Shown here: positions 10,160-17,624 of the stretch, piece after piece
How the letters are laid out: the number at the start of each line of letters is the position of its first letter
How positions within the stretch are numbered: position 1 is the stretch's first letter
Assembly (NCBI GenBank): GCA_031411295.1
Contig: JANOAV010000017.1
Location: forward strand, 1-19,777
Source of the DNA: Verrucomicrobiales bacterium
GTDB taxonomy: Bacteria > Verrucomicrobiota > Verrucomicrobiia > Verrucomicrobiales > V1-33
Direction: 5' to 3'
DNA length: 19,777 bases
Translations under genes and position numbers: made by a program
Notes under the pieces: model-generated
Database searches by the model: none
What the model saw: the letters and a program-made list of their open reading frames with translations, nothing else
What the model was told of the DNA's origin: nothing

Positions 10160-10450
10160 AGCCCGAAAAAAGGGCCCCATCGACCAAAATGGCCTTTCCC
10201 CCCTCCCGGGCTCGCCCCCCACGTGCCCTAACGCCAAATTCTTTCAACCCACCCAAATTATTTGCTCAAAAAATTTCCTCCAGCCCTTGACATCACGTTT
10301 TCGCGTCTTTCTCCCGTAAATCAAAGAAACCAGCCGCTTTTTTGCTCAAGCCATAATTTTAAGATAATTACTTAACTAAAATTAAGTTTTTTAACTCCAT
10401 TCTGGCATGAAATAAGCCCCCGAAGCGACATCAGATTTTCGATTTTTTCG

Positions 10451-10480
10451 TTGCCATAACCACAGTATCTTGTGTATATT
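10451..10480 (+). promoter_or_regulatory. Putative sigma70-type nrdA promoter
   Basis: TTGCCA (10451-10456), 18 bp, TATATT (10475-10480); the spacer is occupied by NrdR box 1. Confidence 0.5.
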
Positions 10481-10505
10481 CCCCTCCGACCACTACCAGT
10501 AGTGC
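10460..10505 (+). promoter_or_regulatory. Tandem NrdR boxes
   Basis: CACAGTATCTTGTG (10461-10474) and CACTACCAGTAGTG (10491-10504), 30 bp apart, fit the NrdR-box core CACwAtATaTwGTG and lie upstream of nrdA. Confidence 0.8.
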
Positions 10506-10565
10506 CTCGAATCGTAATTTGCCATGAACTTTGTAATTTTCAGATCCGCCACCAGAGAAGCCGAA

Positions 10566-10608
10566 TTCTTCCCATGTTGTCCCCTGCTTTTTCACAAAGT
10601 TATCCACA
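10566..10608 (+). promoter_or_regulatory. DnaA-box array
   Basis: TTATCCACA (10600-10608) and TTTTTCACA (10588-10596) both fit TTWTNCACA; degenerate TTGTCCCCT (10577) and TTCTTCCCA (10566) continue at 11-bp steps; a further 8/9 match TTATTCACT at 10698-10706. Confidence 0.65.
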
Positions 10609-10797
10609 ATTCTAAAAATTAGGACGCATCAAGCCTCCGTGCATAAGTGACTTCACTCGAAGAACTTACGCATTTCCGACCACACGCATTGCAAAACTTA
10701 TTCACTTCACGGGGAATTTTTAATCGAAATTTCACTAGAGCGTCTAAATCCGACTTCACTACCTCTTTTACCAACCGTTCACGACCAGACCACTACC

Positions 10798-13700
10798 ATG
10801 ATTGCCCGTAACTCTATCGAAGAAGACATCCAACTCAAAGAACTGATCCGCCAACCCCACACCAAACCCCGCTACGACTGGTCCGGTCCTGGTAACGACA
10901 GCCCGGCTAACCACAGCGGCGTTTACACCTCCAATGACGTTTCCAAAATGATTGGCGACGCCCTCACGGATCTCTTGCTGGCCCGTCAGGAGCAGGACAT
11001 TTTCAACGAGAAGAACCAGAATTTGGTGAACACCCTGTCTGCCGCCGTCACCAATGAGTTGGAAGCCCGGGGCGCAGCGCAAGCCGGCCTGACCCAGCGC
11101 GAAATTTCCCGCCTTATTGAGCGCACCATGATCCGCCACAATGCCTACGACGTGGCGCGGTCTTTCGTCACCAACTATGCCAGCGGCAATCACGAACAAT
11201 TCATCACGAACATGGCCAGCAACGGAAATCAATCCACCCCTGAGGACAAACCAAAAGCAGCCTCCGCCCGGCCCGTCTGCCGCATCGTTCGTCGCAATGG
11301 CGAAGTCGTCGCGTGGGACGAGAGCAAGGTGGAAATTGCCGTGCGCAAAGCGTTCCTTTCCCAGCATCTGGACAGCAGCCCTGCCGAGCAAATCTCCCAC
11401 GCCCTAACGGCCCAATTCCGTGAGTCCGGCCAGCAGCTCATCAACATCGAGGACCTGCAGGACCGCGTGCAGGAAGAGTTGATGAAGCAGAAGCACTATA
11501 AAGTGGCCGCTGCCTACATCCTTTACCGCGCCCATCGCAGCGAGGTCCGCGCCAAGAGCGACGAGGAAACACGTCAGGATTCCATCAATCGTCAGGACCA
11601 CATGATCGTCGTGACCGAGACCACGGGCGAATCCAGTCTGTGGGATGGCCAGGAACTGCGGAAGCGCATTGACTATGCTCGCATCGGTCTCGAACTCTGC
11701 TTGAGCTTCGATCAAATTGAGACTGAATTGCGTCGATCCCTTTACGCCGAAATGACGCGTGAGGACCTCAACAAGACCATTCAAATGAATGCGTCCACCC
11801 TCATCGAGCGCGATGCTGATTTTAGTAAATTTGCCGGCCGTATTTTGCTGACGTTCCTATATGAGGAAACGCTCGGCTGGAACATCATGAAAGACGGCCC
11901 CGAAGCGCTGGGTGAATTCCACCGCCGGGCCTTCCGGACGAACATGGCCCGGGCCATCGAAATCAAGCGCCTGAACCCCGCCTTGCAGAACATGAACTTG
12001 GACCAGTTGGCCTTGGCCTTGGATCCCATGGCGGACATGGAACTCGACTACCTCGGCATCCAGACATTGTTTGATCGCTACCTCATCGTTGACAAGACTA
12101 GCAAAAAGCATCGTCGTCTGGAAACCCCGCAACTCTTCTTCATGCGCGTCGCCATGGGCTTGTTCGTAGCCGAGAAATCCGATGCTCAGACGGATCACGT
12201 CATCGCCCTCTACAGCCTGTATAAAGGCCGCCGCTTCTGTAGCTCCACGCCCACCCTCTTCAACGCCGGCACGCTGCACAGCCAACTTTCCAGCTGCTAC
12301 CTCTACAAGGTGGACGACAGCATCGAGAGCATCATGATCCGCGGCATTGCCGAAAACGCCTTCCTCAGCAAATGGGCGGGCGGCCTCGGTGGTTCCTGGA
12401 CCGCAGTGCGCGGCACTGGTGGCTACATTAACGGAACCAATGGGGAAAGCCAGGGCGTGATTCCTTTCCTGAAACTCCACAACGACCAACTCGTGGCCGT
12501 CAACCAAGGCGGGAAGCGGAAAGGGTCCGGCTGTGCGTATCTGGAAACCTGGCATAACGACATCTACGATTTCATCGAACTGCGCAAGAACACGGGCGAC
12601 GAACGCCGTCGCACCCACGACATGAACACCGCCAACTGGATTCCAGACCTGTTCATGAAGCGCATGGAGAAACGCGAAATGTGGACCCTCTTCCGCGCCA
12701 ACGAATGTCCGGAACTCCACGATCTCTACGGCCGTGCGTTTGAGACGAAGTATGTGGAATACGAAGCCAAAGGAGCCGCCGGACTCGTCTGGAGCCGCCA
12801 AGTGCCCGCCGTCGATCTCTGGAAGGAAATGCTGAAGTCACTCTTCGAGACCGGCCACCCCTGGATCACCTTTAAAGATCCCTGCAACCTCCGCAGCCCG
12901 CAGGACCACGTGGGCGTCATCCACAGCAGCAACCTCTGCACGGAAATCACCCTCAACACCTCCGCGGACGAAACCGCCGTGTGTAACCTCGGCAGCATCA
13001 TCCTGGAAAATCACCTCGACGACGAAGGCAACCTGGACCACGAGAAACTGCGCAACACCATCCGCATCGCAGTCCGCGCGCTGGACAACGTCATCGATAT
13101 CAATTTCTATCCCACCGATTCCGCCCGTCGCGCCAACATGCGCCACCGCCCCATCGGCCTCGGCATCATGGGCCTCGCCAATGCGCTCTATATCAAGAAC
13201 ATCCCATTTGCCAGCCAGGCCGCCGTGGAATTCAACGATGAATTCATGGAAGCCATCGCCTATTACGCCTACGAAGCCTCCAGCGATCTGGCCGCCGAAC
13301 TCGGCAGCTACAGCACCTTCAAAGGCAGCAAATGGGACCGTGGACTCCTCCCGCAGGACACCCTGGAACTCCTCGAGCGCGAACGTGGCCTGCCCATCGA
13401 CGTCGCCCGTGGCGGCAAGATGAACTGGGGACCGCTGCGCGAAAAGATTCGCAAGCAAGGCATGCGCAACAGCAACGTCCTCGCCATCGCCCCCACCGCC
13501 ACCATTTCCAACATCATGGGCACCACCCCATGCATCGAACCGACGTTTAAAAACCTCTTCGGGAAATCCAACCTCTCAGGCGACTTCACCATCCTGAACC
13601 CCTACCTGGTGCGCGATCTCAAAGCCCGCCACCTCTGGAACCAGAACATGCTGGACCGACTGAAGTATCGCGATGGCGAACTGGCGGAAATCGAGGAAAT

Positions 13701-14097
13701 CCCGCAGGACATCAAAGACAAATATCTGACTGCCTACGGCGTGCCCAGCACCTGGGTCCTCCAGGCCGCCAGCCGTCGCCAGAAGTGGATCGACCAAAGC
13801 CAGAGCACCAACCTGTGGTTTGAAGGCAAAGAAATCGGAGCCCTCAGCCGCATGTATCGCGAAGCCTGGAGCCGTGGCCTCAAGACCACCTACTACCTGC
13901 GCACCGTCTCCGCCAACAACATCGAGAAAGCCACCGTCAGCGTCAGCAAAGAAGCGCGCCACGTCACCACCCTGGCCAACAACGCCGCCCTGGCCAACAT
14001 CGCAGCCCAAGCCGCCGCCATGGAAACCGAAACCACCGCCGAAGCCTGCCGCCGCCGCGCAGACGAGACAGGCGAAGACTGCGAGAGCTGCCAGTAA
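10798..14097 (+). CDS. nrdA: Ribonucleoside-diphosphate reductase class I subunit alpha with multiple N-terminal ATP cones
   Basis: 1099 aa. STPTLFNAG, LSSCY (C500), SNLCTE (C714), VCNLGS (C729), AIAPTATIS, IDQSQSTNL, LKTTYYLR (tyrosine dyad of class I), C-terminal CESCQ. Confidence 0.97.
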   Translation: MIARNSIEEDIQLKELIRQPHTKPRYDWSGPGNDSPANHSGVYTSNDVSKMIGDALTDLLLARQEQDIFNEKNQNLVNTLSAAVTNELEARGAAQAGLTQREISRLIERTMIRHNAYDVARSFVTNYASGNHEQFITNMASNGNQSTPEDKPKAASARPVCRIVRRNGEVVAWDESKVEIAVRKAFLSQHLDSSPAEQISHALTAQFRESGQQLINIEDLQDRVQEELMKQKHYKVAAAYILYRAHRSEVRAKSDEETRQDSINRQDHMIVVTETTGESSLWDGQELRKRIDYARIGLELCLSFDQIETELRRSLYAEMTREDLNKTIQMNASTLIERDADFSKFAGRILLTFLYEETLGWNIMKDGPEALGEFHRRAFRTNMARAIEIKRLNPALQNMNLDQLALALDPMADMELDYLGIQTLFDRYLIVDKTSKKHRRLETPQLFFMRVAMGLFVAEKSDAQTDHVIALYSLYKGRRFCSSTPTLFNAGTLHSQLSSCYLYKVDDSIESIMIRGIAENAFLSKWAGGLGGSWTAVRGTGGYINGTNGESQGVIPFLKLHNDQLVAVNQGGKRKGSGCAYLETWHNDIYDFIELRKNTGDERRRTHDMNTANWIPDLFMKRMEKREMWTLFRANECPELHDLYGRAFETKYVEYEAKGAAGLVWSRQVPAVDLWKEMLKSLFETGHPWITFKDPCNLRSPQDHVGVIHSSNLCTEITLNTSADETAVCNLGSIILENHLDDEGNLDHEKLRNTIRIAVRALDNVIDINFYPTDSARRANMRHRPIGLGIMGLANALYIKNIPFASQAAVEFNDEFMEAIAYYAYEASSDLAAELGSYSTFKGSKWDRGLLPQDTLELLERERGLPIDVARGGKMNWGPLREKIRKQGMRNSNVLAIAPTATISNIMGTTPCIEPTFKNLFGKSNLSGDFTILNPYLVRDLKARHLWNQNMLDRLKYRDGELAEIEEIPQDIKDKYLTAYGVPSTWVLQAASRRQKWIDQSQSTNLWFEGKEIGALSRMYREAWSRGLKTTYYLRTVSANNIEKATVSVSKEARHVTTLANNAALANIAAQAAAMETETTAEACRRRADETGEDCESCQ

Positions 14098-14100
14098 CAA

Positions 14101-14155
14101 GGAGAAGGGGCGTCCCGCCCCTTGACCCAAAGGAGTCGGGGCGGCTCGCCCCGAC
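14101..14155 (+). repeat. Tandem pair of GGAG-type REP-like palindromes
   Basis: GGAG-AAGGGGCG-TCC-CGCCCCTT (14101-14123) and GGAG-TCGGGGCG-GCT-CGCCCCGA-C (14132-14155), starting 3 bp after the nrdA stop. Confidence 0.8.
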
Positions 14156-14212
14156 ACTCGATCTATTATCCAGATAGGGGATTTTATTATTGCAATTCAA
14201 TTACTATTACAA

Positions 14213-14240
14213 TTGACTTGCATTAACAATCTGGTATGGT
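14213..14240 (+). promoter_or_regulatory. Putative promoter of the PIN toxin-antitoxin operon
   Basis: TTGACT (14213-14218), 16 bp, extended -10 TGgTATGGT (14232-14240), preceded by an AT-rich tract. Confidence 0.5.
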
Positions 14241-14288
14241 GGCGCATCCCGCTTAAACGCGACTGGACCCTATCAACCCGCAGACTAC

Positions 14289-14759
14289 ATGATGAATACC
14301 GATCAACGTATAAACCCTGGCACGCGCATCTACCTTGACTGTTGCTGTTTGAATCGCCCCTTCGACGATCTTTCCCAAGTGCGGACCAGATTAGAAGCCG
14401 AGGCAGTGGAATGGATATTGGAGGAATCGCGTTTGGGAAAGTTTACCGTTGTGACCAGTGACTATCTTTTAACTGAACTCCTGCGAAACCCCAATCAGGA
14501 CAAGCGTAACCAGACGCTTGCGATGGCTAACTATGCGGGAATACACGTGCCTGCATCGCAAACAGTCGGTTCACGAGCGCTGGAGATCGAACAACTTGGC
14601 ATCAAACACTTCGACGCCCTTCACATTGCCGCCGCCGAAGCGACCAAGTGTGAATACCTTCTGACAACAGATGATCGATTGCTAAAAAAATCTCTGCGAC
14701 ACCATGGCAAATTGATGGTAACATTGCTGAATCCTTTAGATCTTACCGTTTTGCCATGA
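14289..14759 (+). CDS. PIN-domain ribonuclease (VapC-like toxin)
   Basis: 156 aa; IYLDCCCLNRPFDD, LEAEAV, FDALHIAAA, LLTTDD supply the PIN acidic residues. Confidence 0.88.
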   Translation: MMNTDQRINPGTRIYLDCCCLNRPFDDLSQVRTRLEAEAVEWILEESRLGKFTVVTSDYLLTELLRNPNQDKRNQTLAMANYAGIHVPASQTVGSRALEIEQLGIKHFDALHIAAAEATKCEYLLTTDDRLLKKSLRHHGKLMVTLLNPLDLTVLP

Positions 14760-14989
14760 CTCTGCCCGCCGAACTTAACCAAAAAGCCAAATCCATCCTC
14801 CTCCGGGAACTTGGCCCTGTGGACTACGCCCGGTTCTTTCAACAATACGAACAAGGCATCGGCAATTACACCAATGATCGTGAACAATGGCTTGGAACAG
14901 ACAGCGTGGAATCCATCCATGCCGAAACCATGAATTTGCTAGCTGCCGGGAAATTACCCCGCCCAACTGCCGCCAAACTTCATGAGTAA
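14756..14989 (+). CDS. Putative antitoxin of the PIN toxin
   Basis: 77 aa, ATGA overlap with the PIN gene; LGPVDYARFFQQYEQGIGNYTNDREQWL resembles small proteins I recall beside this PIN subfamily. Confidence 0.72.
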   Translation: MTLPAELNQKAKSILLRELGPVDYARFFQQYEQGIGNYTNDREQWLGTDSVESIHAETMNLLAAGKLPRPTAAKLHE

Positions 14990-15185
14990 AGCCCCTGCGA
15001 AAACCAGCGCCTAACACCTGCCTCCCTTCAGCCACCAAGGCCGAATCTCGGATGCTGTTATCGCTCAAGTTCAAGCACAACTCCGCAGCATGACCCCAGC
15101 CCAAGCCCGGCAACACAGGATCAAAGCCGGCATTTTAGACAAAAAGGGAAATCGCTTGGAAACTCCAGTGGACAGCAATCGATAA
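14982..15185 (+). pseudogene. Small third ORF of the TA operon interrupted by an in-frame TAA
   Basis: ATG 14982 overlaps the antitoxin end; reads MSKAPAKTSA*HLPPFSHQGRISDAVIAQVQAQLRSMTPAQARQHRIKAGILDKKGNRLETPVDSNR* with TAA at 15012-15014. Not in the ORF track. Confidence 0.45.
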
Positions 15186-15304
15186 AACCTGCCTTGGCGC
15201 AGCCGCCTTGAACTGCTGCAGGTTCCTGCGGATTCCGATCTCGCAGCCAGTCGACATTAAGACTGGCCCGTCTTGCCTTCATAAGCCATCCGTGTAAAGT
15301 GACA

Positions 15305-15349
15305 GGATTGGGCGGCCCGCCCACCCAAGTCGGGGCGGTTCGCCCCGAC
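15305..15349 (+). repeat. Second tandem double hairpin, related to 14101-14155
   Basis: GGAT-TGGGCG-GCC-CGCCCA, linker CCCAA, then GTCGGGGCG-GTT-CGCCCCGAC (15329-15349), 20/21 identical to 14135-14155. Confidence 0.8.
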
Positions 15350-15351
15350 CA

Positions 15352-16116
15352 ATGAGCTATCCAAAACACCCGCACGGCATGACAACACCCGCCTCCAATT
15401 CCGTTCCTTTCTTCGGCAAATACGGGAACTGCCTCCAATTTAGAGGCCAGACGGATTGCCATGCAGAATCACCCCAACTGCAATGGCGACCAGAAAGTGC
15501 CGCTGAAATAAAATCTACTCACGGGCAAGAAAGGCATTCCGTCACGCTGTATCTCCGATGGGCGCTTGAATCCGGCATGGAGGCTCCACCGCTGATCGTC
15601 CATCGCGCTGGGGGCTCTCACGAACCCGATTTTATCGTGGACAGAGGAGGGAGTATTTGTGGGTTAGAGGAAACCAAAGCAACTACCACCCCTTATGAGA
15701 GACACACCGATGGCATTTTGGGATTAGGTCCAAAGATAACCGATCCTGAGTTCGGTCCACGAGAATACAACGGATTGTGCGTTGAACGGGATTGGGCTGA
15801 CCTTGTGACATTTCACATCGACAAAAAAATGACGAAACTGAAGAAAAGCTACCTGACCAAAGTCAAGGAATGCGACCTTCTTCTCCGTTCGATGTCAGTA
15901 ACAGGTCCAATGAGCGAATTTGAACCCGCCGTGGAATTTCTTCAGGACAAGGTGAGCAAGCTTTACTCAACAAATCCAACATGCCCAACCTTCCGAAAAG
16001 TCCATATAGTCGCAGAAAATTGGGCCATTTTGGATGCTCTCGATAGAAAATACAAAATTCTCCAGAGGGGAGATGCCGAGTGGACAAACGCCCCCCACCG
16101 TCAGTGGCCACCCTAG
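15352..16116 (+). CDS. Hypothetical protein with PD-(D/E)xK-like motif
   Basis: 254-aa ORF; HEPDFIV...GLEETKA resembles a restriction-endonuclease-fold core. Start uncertain: the first ~35 codons contain a 10-bp direct repeat (GCCTCCAATT at 15391 and 15431). Confidence 0.6.
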   Translation: MSYPKHPHGMTTPASNSVPFFGKYGNCLQFRGQTDCHAESPQLQWRPESAAEIKSTHGQERHSVTLYLRWALESGMEAPPLIVHRAGGSHEPDFIVDRGGSICGLEETKATTTPYERHTDGILGLGPKITDPEFGPREYNGLCVERDWADLVTFHIDKKMTKLKKSYLTKVKECDLLLRSMSVTGPMSEFEPAVEFLQDKVSKLYSTNPTCPTFRKVHIVAENWAILDALDRKYKILQRGDAEWTNAPHRQWPP

Positions 16117-16271
16117 GCCAGCAGTTATTCACATTCGCCGTCGGAGGAGACGTTATCTGCACGTTGCTTTGTCATCAGAGCAAAGAAGCCACCGCGGCTG
16201 AACGCATCATACCCGGGGGGGCACCGGAAAACCTCAGCGCGACGGCGGCAGCGAAATCCTCTGATGAAGGC

Positions 16272-17513
16272 CTAATTTTTGCCCTCAAAACTCTTCAACA
16301 AATCCTCAATGTCATTCAGACTCTTAGCCTTGAAGAGAACTTCTTCAATCTCTTGGGGAAGGACGAACCACTCCAAGTGGCTGTTATATTGACTCAGTCG
16401 TCGGTGTAATTCCTGCTCCATTCGGTAGCCAAAGTGAGTGTATACAACATTCATGATTTCGCACGGAAAAGCTGCTGACGTTTTGATTTGTGCAAGTCTC
16501 GAAGCAAGCGAATTAGTTATACCTATCTTGGTAGCATTTCCTTGCTTGATGAAATAAAGGCAGGAGTCCGTAGTCTGATCAAAGTCGTATTTTTCCAAAA
16601 TTGAATACCAGAGATTTTCTTCGTTTTCACCCGCTTCAACACCCATGCAATATCTGGCTATATCAGATGGTGAGATCGAGTTGAGAACATTTTCGCCATA
16701 TTTATCTACCGTCTTAGAAATGAACTCCGCTTCAATTTCAACCCGCACTTGATTTGAACGCTCCTTTGATCCAGCTTCCCATTGTTCCAACCTTAACCCA
16801 TCTTCAGCTATATGCTCGGCAATATAAAATCTAATTTTATGCCATAAGAGTTCTTTGCGCATATAGTCAACCGGCCATTTTTTTAAATATTTTATTTCAA
16901 CTTCTTTAACTATAGCTTTGTCTTTATCCATGTTTAATATAAATAAATCATCTAATTTATTTTTTTTCGCATAGGCTTCTTTGGCTGTGTATCCCGGAAT
17001 GGCGTAGCTATACCACATATACTTTCCACCAGGAAGCCGTCCGCATTTGATGTAACCTAACGGCTTGTCCTTTGGCACTCCCAGGCTAATACAATCTAGG
17101 CGTTTCTCGCAATAGAGATCCCACCCGTATTGAAGTTCATCAAGCCACGCATTCTCGCATTCAAGACACAGGTGATCAGGCCCAGGATCTAGGAGCTTTG
17201 GATATCCTACTTTAATTCCTTGCAAGGCGTAACCGTCTGCTTGTCTCTTTCGACGACTCTCACGGTAGGGGTTATGTATGCTTGTGCCATTTGAAACAGT
17301 AAACTTGCAGTCGTCACACATGCGGTCGAAATTTTCCCTCGCGCGGCTTTCAAAAGAATTATAAAGAACATCCAGTGGAGATAAGTCTATTGTTTCCTTG
17401 TATTTCTTGGCCCAGTAATCACGGAATTCAAACAAAAAATCGCGCACTTCATGTGTTCTCGCCATGATTGCGGGATCACCTACCAGGCTAAACATATAAT
17501 CTCGAGCACCCAT
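16272..17513 (-). CDS. AT-rich protein with C-terminal GIY-YIG (T5orf172/Mug113-like) nuclease domain
   Basis: 413 aa; C-terminal LYFIKQGNATKIGITNSLASRLAQIKT...MEQELHRRL......EWF is the T5orf172-type signature; N-terminal ~310 aa unrecognised. Confidence 0.8.
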   Translation of the reverse strand: MGARDYMFSLVGDPAIMARTHEVRDFLFEFRDYWAKKYKETIDLSPLDVLYNSFESRARENFDRMCDDCKFTVSNGTSIHNPYRESRRKRQADGYALQGIKVGYPKLLDPGPDHLCLECENAWLDELQYGWDLYCEKRLDCISLGVPKDKPLGYIKCGRLPGGKYMWYSYAIPGYTAKEAYAKKNKLDDLFILNMDKDKAIVKEVEIKYLKKWPVDYMRKELLWHKIRFYIAEHIAEDGLRLEQWEAGSKERSNQVRVEIEAEFISKTVDKYGENVLNSISPSDIARYCMGVEAGENEENLWYSILEKYDFDQTTDSCLYFIKQGNATKIGITNSLASRLAQIKTSAAFPCEIMNVVYTHFGYRMEQELHRRLSQYNSHLEWFVLPQEIEEVLFKAKSLNDIEDLLKSFEGKN

Positions 17514-17624
17514 AACAGTCTATTTGATTTAAGTTGCGCTGACAAAAAGACAGAGAACGAATATTTAGTGAGTTAGAAAATAAGAAGATATTGCTGAGGC
17601 GGACCATATTTTCGACCAACTGAA

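Noticed and set aside
10287..10315. Perfect TTGACA upstream of nrdA
   Set aside because: No credible -10 hexamer at 16-18 bp.
10510..10797. Cobalamin riboswitch or other RNA element in the long nrdA leader
   Set aside because: No B12-box or other conserved riboswitch motif seen; an Rfam scan would be decisive.
14101..14155. Intrinsic terminator for nrdA
   Set aside because: GC hairpins lack a U-tract and fit the dispersed GGAG palindrome family better, although a termination or stabilising role is not excluded.
10768..14157. Minus-strand ORFs of 190-314 aa within nrdA; possible intein or intron in nrdA
   Set aside because: Antisense shadows. The extra NrdA length is explained by ATP cones, and the catalytic core is uninterrupted.
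16125..16133. Single DnaA-box match TTATTCACA
   Set aside because: Isolated, between convergent genes; expected by chance.
16117..17624. Integron attC-like half sites around the GIY-YIG gene (GGCTGAACG near 16196, AGAGAACG near 17552)
   Set aside because: No paired core/inverse-core with a foldable stem and no integrase; IntegronFinder in local-max mode could re-test.
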